From NCBI GenBank assembly GCA_045046875.1, contig JASFYY010000037.1, positions 96,509 through 160,508 on the forward strand: a DNA stretch of 64,000 nucleotides, written 5' to 3'. Both the position numbers and the translations under genes were made by a program. Numbering within the stretch: the first letter of the stretch is position 1; each line of letters opens with the position of its first letter. Below, piece after piece: positions 1 to 10,476 of the stretch. This DNA is from Verrucomicrobiota bacterium (lineage in GTDB: Bacteria; Verrucomicrobiota; Verrucomicrobiia; Verrucomicrobiales; DEV007). Under the pieces are notes generated by a model, which saw only the letters and a program-made list of their open reading frames with translations, searched no databases and was not told where the DNA came from.

Positions 1-1
1 C

Positions 2-3000
2 GCAGTCATTCAAGACCGTATCAAAATTCCGGCCAGTTCGAAAAAACCCAGCGCCCGCTTACTCGAATCGCTGGAAAACGCCCTCCATCTCGGCAAAGGA
101 AAAATCACCGTTTTCCTAGGCAGCGAATCCAAATATTCAGACAACACACACGCAGCGACTCATTTTTCCACTCACTGGCATTGCGCCCCCTGCGACCTCG
201 ACCTTCAAGCACCCAGCCCCAACCTTTTCACCTTCAACAATCCACTCGGTGCCTGTCCTGAATGCCGGGGTTTTGGCCGGGTGATCGGCATTGATCTCGA
301 GCGAGCGCTGCCCGACCCTTCTCTCAGTATTCGCGAAGGCGTCGTCAAAGCTTTCCAGGGTGAACGCCATCAAGAGTGCCAGGATGACCTCGAGCGTTAT
401 GCCAAAGTCCGCGACCTCGACCTCGATACCCCCTTCGAGGATCTATCCGCCAAAGACCAAAAATGGGTCCTGCAAGGCGACCGCCCCGGCGAGGCCGAAA
501 AAGCATGGGAAGAAAGTTCATGGTACGGCGTGCGGGGATTTTTCGACTGGCTGGAATCCCGCACCTATCGCATGCACGTGCGCGTCTTCCTCAGCCGCTT
601 CCGCTCCTATACTCAATGCCAAAAGTGCGACGGCACCCGCCTGCAAGCCGCCGCGCTCAACTACCGGGTCAACCAAAAGACGCTGCCGGAAATCTGGCAA
701 CTCCCGATCAGCGAAGCGCTCACGTTTTTCCACAACCTCTCCCTGCCCGAAAATGACAGCACCGCCGAGATGCTGCATGCCGAAGTCTGCAATCGCCTGC
801 GCTACCTCGAACACGTCGGGCTCTCCTACCTCAATCTCGATCGCCCCACCCGCACCCTGTCCGGCGGCGAAACCGAACGCGTCAGCCTCACCACCTGCCT
901 CGGAGCCTCACTCACCAGCACCCTCTTTGTGCTCGACGAACCGACCGTCGGCCTGCACCCGCGCGACACCGACCGCCTGATCGACGTCATGCATGACCTG
1001 CGTGACAAAGGCAATACCCTCGCCGTGGTCGAACACGACGAGGCCGTCATCCGTGCCGCCGATCACCTCATCGACATCGGCCCCGGACGCGGAGAAGATG
1101 GCGGCGAACTGATCTTCACCGGAGCGCCCGACAAACTAGCTCAATCTAACAAAAAATCCCTGACCGCCGCTTACCTCACTGGGAAAAAAACCATCCCTAT
1201 TCCAAAAAAACGCCGTGCGATCAAAAAGCGCCAGCAAATCAAAATCCTTGGCGCCCGTCAGCACAATCTGCAAAAAATCGACGTCGAGATTCCGCTGCAC
1301 CTCTTCACCTGCGTCACCGGCGTTTCCGGTTCGGGCAAATCCACGCTCATCCACAGCGTGCTCTACGAAAACTTACAGAAAAAACTCGGGCACTCTTCCG
1401 CCAGCGAAACCGGACGCTGCAAGGGCATCCGCGGCCATCAGCACATCGACGAAGTGATCATGGTCGATCAAGCCCCGCTCGCCCGCACCCCACGTTCAAC
1501 GCCCGCCGTTTATACCGGCGTCTTTGAACTCGTCCGCAAGCTTTTCACCGACACCCCCAAAGCCAAAGATCGCCAACTGACACCTGGTTATTTCTCCTTC
1601 AACTCCGGCGCCGGACGCTGCGAACGCTGCTGGGGCAACGGCTTCGAAAAAATCGAAATGCAATTCCTCAGTGACCTCTACGTCACCTGCCCGGAATGTG
1701 AAGGCAGTCGCTACACCCCCGAAGCGCTGGAATACCAACTCAATGGGAAAAATATCACCCAGGTTCTCAACTTCACCGTCACTCAAGCGATCCAGTTTTT
1801 CTTCGCCCTCGGAGAGTCTCAAACGAAAGCGGAAACGAGCCCAAAGGCTAACAACAAACGCAAACGCCCTGATCGTCGGCCTGGACAAATCGTCGCCCGC
1901 CTGCAAACGCTGGCCGACGTCGGCCTGGGATACCTACGCCTCGGCCAGGCTCTCAACACCCTCTCCGGCGGCGAATCCCAACGCCTCAAACTTGTCGGCC
2001 ATTTACTGGAATCGCAGAGCCAACAGAAAAAACAAGGCAAGCAGCCCAACGCCCTGCTCATCTTTGATGAACCCACCACCGGCCTGCATTTTGATGACAT
2101 CGCCATGCTGCTGAAAGTCTTCGATCGGCTGGTCGAATCCGGCAACACCGTGCTGGTCATCGAGCACCATCTCGAAGTCATCAAGTGCGCTGATCACATC
2201 ATCGACCTCGGCCCGGAAGCCGGCAGCGAAGGCGGCACCCTGGTCGCCACCGGAACCCCGGAACATATCGCCAGCGTCCCCCAATCATTCACCGGACGCT
2301 ACCTAGCTCCCTTGCTCGACCAGGAAATGCAGCCCGCACTGAAAGTCGCGGAAAAACCACCTGTTTACAAAGTAGCCAAAGAAAAAGAAAAACATTTCAT
2401 CCAGCTGCACGGAGCCCGCGAACACAACCTCAAAAATATCGACCTCGACCTACCGCGCGATCAATTAGTCGTGATCACTGGCCTCAGTGGATCAGGGAAA
2501 TCAACGCTCGCTTTTGATATCATTTTCGCCGAAGGCCAGCGCCGCTTCCTCGACTCCATGTCGGCTTACGCCCGCCAGTTTGTCGAACAACTCGAACGCC
2601 CCGACATCGATCACATCACTGGCCTGCCACCCACCGTCGCCATCGAACAACGCATCTCACGCGGAGGCGGAAAATCCACTGTCGCCACCGTCACCGAGGT
2701 TTACCACTTTCTGCGCCTGCTGTTTGCCAAAACCGGCATCCAGCATTCACCCGACAGTGGCAAAGCGGTCACTAAGCAATCCGTCACCGCCATCCTCACC
2801 CGCATTCGTAAAAGACTGTGCCAAGGCAAAGTCACCATCCTCGCTCCCGTGATCAAAGCCCGCAAAGGTTTCCACACCGACGTTGCCCTCTGGGCTGAGC
2901 GCAAAAGTTACCACACCCTGCTCGTCGATGGCACTCTGATGCCCGTCAAAGGTTTCCAAAAACTCGAACGTTTCAAAGAGCACACCATCGATGTCGTGAT

Positions 3001-5044
3001 CGACGAAGTGTCGAAAAAAACCTCCCCCGCCCAATTGCGATCCGTGATCGAAGACGCTCTTCGTATCGGCAAAAACACCGCGCATTTCCGTGACCACAAA
3101 GGCGGGATGCACATCGTCTCCACCACCCTCAGCGATCCCGACACCGGACGCTCTTTCGAGGAGCCTGACCCGCGCATGTTCTCATTCAACTCCCCTCACG
3201 GCTACTGTCCCAAGTGCCGTGGTTACGGGATCGTGCCAAAAAAACAAGCCGACCAATATGTCGATCCCAATGCGGAGTCCGTGCTCGAATCCGAAATCCG
3301 GGAAGAATCCCGACGCTCAAAAGCCGACGCCACCGAGTTCGAAACCTGCTCGGATTGTCAGGGAGGACGCCTCAACGAAGTTTCTCTGCATGTCAAAATC
3401 CAAGGCCACAGCATCAGCGACATCACCGCCCTCTCCGTCGCCGACGCCCAACAGCTTTTTGCCTCGCTCAAATTCAAAGGACAAGCAGCCATCATCGCCC
3501 GCGATATTCTGCCTGAGATCAGTCAACGCCTGCACTTCATGGCCGAAGTGGGGCTCAGCTACCTGCAACTCAACCGCTCCGCCAATACCCTCTCCGGCGG
3601 CGAGTCCCAACGCATCCGCCTCGCCTCCCAACTCGGATCCAATCTGCGTGGCGTGCTCTACATCCTCGACGAGCCCACCATCGGTCTGCACCCACGTGAC
3701 AACCAACGCCTGCTCGACACCCTCACCGCCCTGCGTGACAAAGGCAATTCACTGCTGGTAGTCGAACACGACGAAGAAACCTTGCGCCGCGCCGACCACG
3801 TCATCGACCTCGGCCCCGCTGCCGGACAGTTTGGCGGCGAAGTGGTCTTTTCCGGCCCCGCTCAACAGCTTACCAAAAAACGCCTCAGCGCAGCTGAGAA
3901 AAAAGCCCTGGCTCAATCACCCACCGCCATCGCCCTGCAAAACCCGGATCAGCACCCGCTGTCCGGCTCACGCAGAAAACTGCCAGCCCTGAACAAACAA
4001 GACGCCTGGATCAAAATCAAAAACGCCAGCCGCCACAACCTGTGCAACTTAAATGCCCAAATCCCCATCCAACGACTCACCGTTGTCAGTGGAATTTCCG
4101 GATCAGGTAAATCCACGCTCATCCGCGGCATTCTCCTGCCCGCGGTCAAAAATGAACTCGACAAAAAAAGCAAACAGAAGAACAAATACCTCAAATCCAT
4201 CAGCGGCGTAAACGACAACATCACCGCCGTTTACGAAGTTGATCAATCCCCCATCGGCAAAACCTCGCGATCCACTCCGGCAACCTACGTCAAACTTTTC
4301 GACCACATCCGTAAACTTTTTGCCCAACTACCCGACTCCCGTGCGCGCGGCTACACCGCCAGTCGTTTTTCATTTAATACCGAAGGCGGACGCTGCGAAG
4401 CTTGCAAAGGCAATGGACGCATCAAACTCGAAATGAGTTTCCTGCCCACCAGTTACATCCCCTGCGAAGAATGCCAGCAGGCCCGTTACAATGCCGCCAC
4501 CCTCGAAGTCGAATACAACGGCAAAAACATCGGCGAAGTCATGAACCTGAGCATCGAGCAGGCGACTGACTTCTTCTCCGGCCATCCCAACATCCACCGC
4601 ACCCTGCAACTGATGTGCGATACCGGACTCGGTTACCTCACCCTCGGCCAACCCAGCCCCAGCCTCTCCGGCGGTGAAGCCCAACGCATCAAACTCGTCG
4701 CCCAACTCACCCGAGGCATCAACCGCTCCGAAACCGCCCGCCTAAAATCCGCCACCGGCAAACACGGCGTGCGCAATCTCTACGTCATCGAAGAGCCCTC
4801 CATCGGCCTGCACATGGCCGACGTCACCCAGTTGATCAAACTGCTGCACCGCCTGGTTGATGACGGCCACACCGTCATCGTCATCGAGCACAACCTCGAC
4901 ATCATCGCTGAAGCCGATTACATCATCGACCTCGGCCCCGAGGCCGGCCCTCACGGTGGACAGATCGTCGCCTCCGGCACTCCTGAAAAAGTGGTGCAAA
5001 ACAAAAACTCCCGCACCGCTCCTTTTCTGCGCGCTTTAATCTAG
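2..5044 (+). CDS. uvrA: Excinuclease ABC subunit A, double-length (tandem-fused) form; 5' end lies upstream of the window
   Basis: Frame is open from base 2 (…FTFNNPLGACPECRGFG…). Three Walker A motifs lie in the window (GVSGSGKS, GLSGSGKS, GISGSGKS), with four LSGGE signatures, CxxC zinc fingers and a second UvrA N-terminus (IQLHGAREHNLKNID) mid-protein. Confidence 0.95.
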   Translation, partial: AVIQDRIKIPASSKKPSARLLESLENALHLGKGKITVFLGSESKYSDNTHAATHFSTHWHCAPCDLDLQAPSPNLFTFNNPLGACPECRGFGRVIGIDLERALPDPSLSIREGVVKAFQGERHQECQDDLERYAKVRDLDLDTPFEDLSAKDQKWVLQGDRPGEAEKAWEESSWYGVRGFFDWLESRTYRMHVRVFLSRFRSYTQCQKCDGTRLQAAALNYRVNQKTLPEIWQLPISEALTFFHNLSLPENDSTAEMLHAEVCNRLRYLEHVGLSYLNLDRPTRTLSGGETERVSLTTCLGASLTSTLFVLDEPTVGLHPRDTDRLIDVMHDLRDKGNTLAVVEHDEAVIRAADHLIDIGPGRGEDGGELIFTGAPDKLAQSNKKSLTAAYLTGKKTIPIPKKRRAIKKRQQIKILGARQHNLQKIDVEIPLHLFTCVTGVSGSGKSTLIHSVLYENLQKKLGHSSASETGRCKGIRGHQHIDEVIMVDQAPLARTPRSTPAVYTGVFELVRKLFTDTPKAKDRQLTPGYFSFNSGAGRCERCWGNGFEKIEMQFLSDLYVTCPECEGSRYTPEALEYQLNGKNITQVLNFTVTQAIQFFFALGESQTKAETSPKANNKRKRPDRRPGQIVARLQTLADVGLGYLRLGQALNTLSGGESQRLKLVGHLLESQSQQKKQGKQPNALLIFDEPTTGLHFDDIAMLLKVFDRLVESGNTVLVIEHHLEVIKCADHIIDLGPEAGSEGGTLVATGTPEHIASVPQSFTGRYLAPLLDQEMQPALKVAEKPPVYKVAKEKEKHFIQLHGAREHNLKNIDLDLPRDQLVVITGLSGSGKSTLAFDIIFAEGQRRFLDSMSAYARQFVEQLERPDIDHITGLPPTVAIEQRISRGGGKSTVATVTEVYHFLRLLFAKTGIQHSPDSGKAVTKQSVTAILTRIRKRLCQGKVTILAPVIKARKGFHTDVALWAERKSYHTLLVDGTLMPVKGFQKLERFKEHTIDVVIDEVSKKTSPAQLRSVIEDALRIGKNTAHFRDHKGGMHIVSTTLSDPDTGRSFEEPDPRMFSFNSPHGYCPKCRGYGIVPKKQADQYVDPNAESVLESEIREESRRSKADATEFETCSDCQGGRLNEVSLHVKIQGHSISDITALSVADAQQLFASLKFKGQAAIIARDILPEISQRLHFMAEVGLSYLQLNRSANTLSGGESQRIRLASQLGSNLRGVLYILDEPTIGLHPRDNQRLLDTLTALRDKGNSLLVVEHDEETLRRADHVIDLGPAAGQFGGEVVFSGPAQQLTKKRLSAAEKKALAQSPTAIALQNPDQHPLSGSRRKLPALNKQDAWIKIKNASRHNLCNLNAQIPIQRLTVVSGISGSGKSTLIRGILLPAVKNELDKKSKQKNKYLKSISGVNDNITAVYEVDQSPIGKTSRSTPATYVKLFDHIRKLFAQLPDSRARGYTASRFSFNTEGGRCEACKGNGRIKLEMSFLPTSYIPCEECQQARYNAATLEVEYNGKNIGEVMNLSIEQATDFFSGHPNIHRTLQLMCDTGLGYLTLGQPSPSLSGGEAQRIKLVAQLTRGINRSETARLKSATGKHGVRNLYVIEEPSIGLHMADVTQLIKLLHRLVDDGHTVIVIEHNLDIIAEADYIIDLGPEAGPHGGQIVASGTPEKVVQNKNSRTAPFLRALI

Positions 5045-5054
5045 CCAGCCCCCA

Positions 5055-6683
5055 ATGAAAACGATCACCGCTACCGCTGCTTTGTTGTTTGCCCTATTGT
5101 TCCCCTTATCCGCTACAGATGAGGATAACGATGGAGTCACCTGGTTAGTCGAATACGATGGCCAATCACTGCCGAATGAAACCACTTGGGAAAAGAGCGG
5201 CCAATTGAACGCAACAATCACCGATGGAACCCTGCATCTCGAAGATGGCCCTGCGGCGGCAGGTAATTACCGCGCCTCTTGGAAAGCCGCTCCGGATCAG
5301 GAAATTGTGGTCGAGGCTAAAGTGGAAATGGGGGCGATGACAGGCTGGAAAAAAGGCGCAAGCTCCAAGGCCTTGTGGCCCTGGCGCGACGGAGCTCCAG
5401 TAGGTCTGCTGATCAGCGATGGACGCCATCAGGAAGGGCTGGTTTTTTACCCGGTGCAAACTACGAGTTTCACAGATCGTTTCATTCCAATGGATACCAC
5501 AAATCGATTCCATACCTACCGGCTCGTCATCCGTGGAACCAACATGAGCATATCGGTCGACGGCGTGAAAAAAGTTACCGGCCAAAATGCTTTTTGGAAA
5601 CCCGCCAGTTCACCTCAAGCCTTCATTCAGTTCGGGTCAACGGCTAAGGTAGCAAGCGGCGATGCTCATTGGGCATCAATCAGGTTGGGGGTGCGCAAGC
5701 CTAAAACTCAACCAGAAAAAAATCTCCTCAAAATCACGATCAGTGAATCATGGGAAATCCCACGCGATGACGCGCACCAAACCCGCCCTTATCTCTATGA
5801 CCTGGGACAAAACTTGCTGCTCATGAGCGTAGCTCAGGGGTCCGACGCCTTCTACGAACATTATGGCCTGCTGAAATCTACAGATGCCGGGAAATCCTGG
5901 TCACCGATCGAAGGACTTGATAAAAAATCAACCACCCCGCTGCCTGTTTTGCGCCGACCCGATGGCAGCATTCGCGCCATGTCCCGCTGGACCTGGTTGC
6001 TGAAGGATGGATCTGTTCAGGGTAAAACCTTTCACCTCGATGCGCGGGCAAACACCTTCAGCATGAGCGACAATACGATCATATTGCCTGCAAAATACAC
6101 TAACGAAATCGAGGGAGATAAATTGGTCGTCGAACGTCACATCTGGAACGATGAAGATGGAGCCATGACGATGGTGGTATGGAGCCGCAAAGCCGTGCCT
6201 ATTTCCGACGGCAGAATGAGCACCGAACGCATGTCTCATCTGGTGAAAAGCAGCGATGATGGTAAAACCTGGAACTACGTGTCAACCATCGGCCCCGGAG
6301 GTGAGCCTGCAGTTGCGAGGCTCACAGCAACCGAGTTGACCGCCGTCATTCGGGGAGCAAGAACATCGCAAATGACCCAAACTTTCTCCCACGATGGTGG
6401 AGCCACCTGGGACAAACCTATTGCGCTGGAAGTCGGCAGAGTCGCTCCCGATCTCGTATTCATGAGTAATGGCGTGCTCGCCTGCAGTTACGGACGCCCC
6501 GCCTCCTGCATCATGTTCAGTATCGATGGAGGAAAAACCTGGTGCTCGCATCGTGTCGTATCAGACTCGGTGGGTTTCAACTACTGTTCCATTCGTGAGA
6601 TCAGTCCGGGCCGCCTGTTACTCGTCCATGACGCTCCGAAAATGAATGCCGTTTATATCGACGTTCAACGCTTGGATCAATGA
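5055..6683 (+). CDS. Secreted BNR/Asp-box beta-propeller protein (sialidase-like) with N-terminal lectin-like domain
   Basis: Signal peptide; four Asp-boxes (STDAGKSW, SSDDGKTW, SHDGGATW, SIDGGKTW). Confidence 0.75.
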   Translation: MKTITATAALLFALLFPLSATDEDNDGVTWLVEYDGQSLPNETTWEKSGQLNATITDGTLHLEDGPAAAGNYRASWKAAPDQEIVVEAKVEMGAMTGWKKGASSKALWPWRDGAPVGLLISDGRHQEGLVFYPVQTTSFTDRFIPMDTTNRFHTYRLVIRGTNMSISVDGVKKVTGQNAFWKPASSPQAFIQFGSTAKVASGDAHWASIRLGVRKPKTQPEKNLLKITISESWEIPRDDAHQTRPYLYDLGQNLLLMSVAQGSDAFYEHYGLLKSTDAGKSWSPIEGLDKKSTTPLPVLRRPDGSIRAMSRWTWLLKDGSVQGKTFHLDARANTFSMSDNTIILPAKYTNEIEGDKLVVERHIWNDEDGAMTMVVWSRKAVPISDGRMSTERMSHLVKSSDDGKTWNYVSTIGPGGEPAVARLTATELTAVIRGARTSQMTQTFSHDGGATWDKPIALEVGRVAPDLVFMSNGVLACSYGRPASCIMFSIDGGKTWCSHRVVSDSVGFNYCSIREISPGRLLLVHDAPKMNAVYIDVQRLDQ

Positions 6684-6701
6684 TCAGAGAACTCCAAAGC
6701 T

Positions 6702-8192
6702 TCACTGCACCGGTGCAGCAAGGTAAGACGCCCGTGACAGCACCTTGAACCAGCTCGGCTTTTCTTCCACATCCGCCTCTGTCATCAAGCGTGAGTTGGC
6801 GAAGTCCTTTTTAAACATTTGTTCAACATCGGATACGAATTTTTCATCAACAACCAGAGCCGTCACTTCGAAATTGAGCCGGAACGAACGGTTATCGAAA
6901 TTGGCAGTTCCCACACCCGCAAGGTGATCATCGACCAGGAATACTTTTTCATGCAAAAAACCAGGCTCGTAGCGATAAATTTCGATACCCGATTTGATCA
7001 GCTCCCCCACAAAAGCATAAGCGGAAAAATAAACCATTTTGCTGTCAGGTTTTTCAGGAATGATGACTCTAACGTCCACTCCTCGCAACTCGGCCAGATG
7101 CAACGCCGCCATCACCCCCTCATCGGGCACAAAATAGGGACTGGCAATCCAGATCCGCTCGTGAGCGGAATGAATGGCCTGTTGATACATAAGGCTACAG
7201 CTCTCCAAACGGTCAGCGGGACCCGTCGGCAGAATAAGCACGCTTGCATTGCCCTCTTTGGCAGCGGTTAACTTCCAAGGCAGGTCAAGTTTTTCATTCT
7301 GCGCCCAACGCCAATCTTCAACAAAGGATAACTGCAGTTGCAAGGCTGATGGGCCTATAATCTTCATGTGAGTATCCCTCCAATCGGGAAACTTTATCCC
7401 CTTGCCAACGTACTCGTCCCCCACATTATGTCCGCCCACCCAACCCATCCTACCATCCACCACCACAATTTTTCGGTGATTACGAAAATTCAGCTGAAAA
7501 CGATTTCCACCTCCTTGGGTCGAATGAAAAGGACTCACCACTACACCGGCTTCTCGCAACCCTTTGACATACCCATCGATCTTACGCGTGCCGATTTCAT
7601 CATAAAGAAACCAGACCTTCACCCCCTGCTTTGCTCTGGCAATCAGGTGTTCCTTTAGCTTGCGCCCCAAGTCATCATCCCTGACAATATAAAACTGTAC
7701 CAGAATGTATTCCTCGGCCTCATCAATCCCCTTCAATATACTGTCAAAAGTCGCTTCCCCGTCGATCAATAATTCAACCGCATTCTGGTCAAAATAAGGA
7801 AGTTGCGCCAAACGTTCCATCGCTCGCCCACCGCCGTGTTTGCCATCAAGCACTCTGACATAAGGCTGCATCCTCTGTCGGATTTTTTCCAACTCATCCT
7901 CGGATTTAAGGGCCAATTGCTGGCGCAAAGTCACATAGCCTTGAAATTTATTACGCCCAAAAACCCAATAAGCCGGCACAGCAACCAGCGGCATCGTATT
8001 TAACGAAACAATCCAGGCGATAGCTCCCTGGGAAGTTCGGGTACTCATCAAAGCATGAAAAGATGAAATGACTCCCAGCGCATGAGCACATAACAATGCT
8101 AGAGCCATTTTTCGACTGCGAAGCCCCTGTGGTTTCTTGAAACTTTTCTCTATATCAAAATCGCTCCCTATTCGACTATGTTTTTCTGGCAT
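6702..8192 (-). CDS. cls: Cardiolipin synthase
   Basis: N-terminal TM hairpin, two HKD motifs (HRKIVVVD, HEKVFLVD), SPYFVPD, GTANFDNRSF; exact start uncertain. Confidence 0.92.
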   Translation of the reverse strand: MPEKHSRIGSDFDIEKSFKKPQGLRSRKMALALLCAHALGVISSFHALMSTRTSQGAIAWIVSLNTMPLVAVPAYWVFGRNKFQGYVTLRQQLALKSEDELEKIRQRMQPYVRVLDGKHGGGRAMERLAQLPYFDQNAVELLIDGEATFDSILKGIDEAEEYILVQFYIVRDDDLGRKLKEHLIARAKQGVKVWFLYDEIGTRKIDGYVKGLREAGVVVSPFHSTQGGGNRFQLNFRNHRKIVVVDGRMGWVGGHNVGDEYVGKGIKFPDWRDTHMKIIGPSALQLQLSFVEDWRWAQNEKLDLPWKLTAAKEGNASVLILPTGPADRLESCSLMYQQAIHSAHERIWIASPYFVPDEGVMAALHLAELRGVDVRVIIPEKPDSKMVYFSAYAFVGELIKSGIEIYRYEPGFLHEKVFLVDDHLAGVGTANFDNRSFRLNFEVTALVVDEKFVSDVEQMFKKDFANSRLMTEADVEEKPSWFKVLSRASYLAAPVQ

Positions 8193-8206
8193 TCTCTCAA
8201 TATAAT

Positions 8207-9313
8207 CTACTTCAGTTTATTGCTTACCTCGATGATGGGCTGCTCACTGTCTGTGGTAATAAATTTAATTTTTTTGGCATCGAGATCAAACTTATTGAGA
8301 TCCACCATCCGGATACTTTGATCCTCATAGGTCTTATAATAATACCTCAAATTCTTTGTATCACGAGCGGAGGTGAACATTGTGTAATCAGAGTGGACCA
8401 CTCCATCGTGCGTGGTACGAGCAGCACCTACTGGAATATCGAAGTTGTTAAGAATGTGAAACACTTGCTTGATGCCACTTTGCGCATCCTTTTCAGGGAT
8501 CGCGGAAGCAGAGAACGCAACTGCCCGAACAAATCGTGACGGCGGCGTAAAATCCCCCGGAATCCCCAACATACCATTACCTTGCCCTAATGATGAAATC
8601 TTCAAATCTTTGAAAAGCTTAAGCGTAGGCCTACTCTCGGCACTGAGCCCCAAATAATTGCGCAGATTAGTAAGATGCCAATCGAAAGAAGGTGAGTTTG
8701 ACATGGCTCCTGTCGGATTGTCATAGAGCTTGAGTCTTCCGTCGACAGGTTCAATCACCATACTCTTACCACTGGTATCCGAAACGATGAAATGAAACGG
8801 TTGAACTCCTGAAGGGAAGCCTGGTGTCTGGGCAATCCCGGAAATCGCAACCTCATTGTTTTCAATTGCTTTGCGTACTTCAGCTACTGTCGCAAACTGA
8901 GAAATCATCCACTGGGTAAAGTCCGAGGACGAGAGAGACACTTTTATATTCTCCTTTGTCGTCACAGAATACTTGGCAAAACCGGGAAAATAAAAACTGC
9001 CCACAGTGAGTCCTTTTTCATTAATTCCATCGAGGATGACTTCGTAACCAGCAATCATGACGCCGACAGACGCATATTTGGTTTTCCACCGCATGCCTGG
9101 CCCCATTGAGGTTTTCCCAGTAAACTCATATCCGCGTGGCACCACCATGCAGGATGTATCCATAAAAATTCCGAACTCCAGAGTACGGCCACTGACATAC
9201 ACGCCGTCTTTAGTCTGGATTTGAATACCTGTGCAAGCATCAATTGGAACTAGACTAACAAAAGTCACAATAGCTGTCAGCAGAGCGCACTTGTGATGAA
9301 GTGATATTTTCAT
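8207..9313 (-). CDS. Choloylglycine hydrolase / penicillin V acylase family Ntn-hydrolase, secreted
   Basis: Signal peptide ending IDA|CTG exposes the catalytic N-terminal Cys; GRTLE, DGINEKGL, SNSP, PGDFTPPSRFVR motifs. Confidence 0.9.
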   Translation of the reverse strand: MKISLHHKCALLTAIVTFVSLVPIDACTGIQIQTKDGVYVSGRTLEFGIFMDTSCMVVPRGYEFTGKTSMGPGMRWKTKYASVGVMIAGYEVILDGINEKGLTVGSFYFPGFAKYSVTTKENIKVSLSSSDFTQWMISQFATVAEVRKAIENNEVAISGIAQTPGFPSGVQPFHFIVSDTSGKSMVIEPVDGRLKLYDNPTGAMSNSPSFDWHLTNLRNYLGLSAESRPTLKLFKDLKISSLGQGNGMLGIPGDFTPPSRFVRAVAFSASAIPEKDAQSGIKQVFHILNNFDIPVGAARTTHDGVVHSDYTMFTSARDTKNLRYYYKTYEDQSIRMVDLNKFDLDAKKIKFITTDSEQPIIEVSNKLK

Positions 9314-9555
9314 AATATGTTTTTTTGCAAAGTTTTAGCGCGAATAGTCACTTGATCAAAAACAGCCTTCATTCGCCGCGACTTCGGTTCATGACTTAAT
9401 TTATTGCCTCCCAGACAATCAACAAGCCCATCCAAATACCCCTCCTTCTCCCACATTGACCTCCCTAATGTCAATCCTCATTTATCCAATTACGAAACAA
9501 TCAACCCCGTCCCCAAATCCCGCAACTCTCCCCACTGCGCCCCACGCACCTTCCT

Positions 9556-9580
9556 ATAAGTGGAGTCAGACCCCACTTAT
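9556..9580. repeat. REP-like palindrome (GGGGTCTGACCCC family); may act as terminator for the GNAT operon
   Basis: ATAAGTGGAGTC-A-GACCCCACTTAT with one mismatch; related copy at 37031-37053. Confidence 0.6.
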
Positions 9581-9588
9581 TTATTTTT

Positions 9589-10476
9589 TTAGCCGAGCTC
9601 AAATGTCGTGATCCCGTAAATGTTGCTCCACGGCAGCTGTGAGGCTTTTGCAGAAGACTCACCATAATACATTCGGGCGCAGCCAAATATTTCTTTCATG
9701 TCGCTTTGCTGCGCTAATTTCATGGCTGAGGCGTTTACTTCCGGCACATCGAGAATCAATGGTTGTCCAGCGGCACGATCCCCCAAAGCGGCAAAAAGCT
9801 GGGTAGCCAATTTTTCGTTATCGGCAAACAATGGTCCGATTTTAAAACCTTCAGCGCACTCTCTTACCACCCCGGAAGCCACCAACTTCCCTTCATCCAA
9901 GATCCCCAGCGCCCGGCCGGATTCGGGCTGAATCCATGAACGAAGGAAGCGCTCACGATCGAAACCAAAATGGCGACGATCATAGTCCGCTACCATTGCA
10001 AAAGGCAGCTCACCCAAGTCCACACAACCTTGCGACACTGCTGTTTTTGCTTTCACCCTTCTTCCTACACCTTGCATTCTCAAATTGCGATGAGCAAACA
10101 CAAAGCCACCCTTGGCATACCAATCCTGCATATCAAAAACCCCGTCCATCGCAATCGAGGCACCTGGGGCAAGACGAGCCAACAAGGCGTCCCGGCGATG
10201 AAACCACAAACGCGTTCCGATCCCCTTGCCACGCAAATCCGCGCGTACGATGAAAAAACCCATGAAGCCAAATTGCCCCCCATAGGAAACCACTGAGCCC
10301 GCAGCAACCACTTCCCCATCAAGCTCAACTCCGAGATAACCATTCGGATCTGTTTGCCAAAAAATATCGCCGTCGTGCAACCCTGGATTCCACCCTTCTG
10401 CTCCTGCCCACTTCATAACCTGCTCAAACTCAGCCCTTACCAAGGGGCGTATCTTCAACACATCCAAATCCATCAC
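9589..10476 (-). CDS. GNAT family N-acetyltransferase (two-domain, YitH-like)
   Basis: Acetyl-CoA motif LRGKGIG; EGWNPG, KIGPLFAD and C-terminal GITTFELG. Confidence 0.85.
   Translation of the reverse strand: MMDLDVLKIRPLVRAEFEQVMKWAGAEGWNPGLHDGDIFWQTDPNGYLGVELDGEVVAAGSVVSYGGQFGFMGFFIVRADLRGKGIGTRLWFHRRDALLARLAPGASIAMDGVFDMQDWYAKGGFVFAHRNLRMQGVGRRVKAKTAVSQGCVDLGELPFAMVADYDRRHFGFDRERFLRSWIQPESGRALGILDEGKLVASGVVRECAEGFKIGPLFADNEKLATQLFAALGDRAAGQPLILDVPEVNASAMKLAQQSDMKEIFGCARMYYGESSAKASQLPWSNIYGITTFELG

Noticed and set aside
137..5039. Numerous alternative-frame and antisense ORFs within uvrA (and similar ones across the dcw and other genes)
   Set aside because: Shadow ORFs caused by high GC and codon bias, fully overlapping well-supported genes
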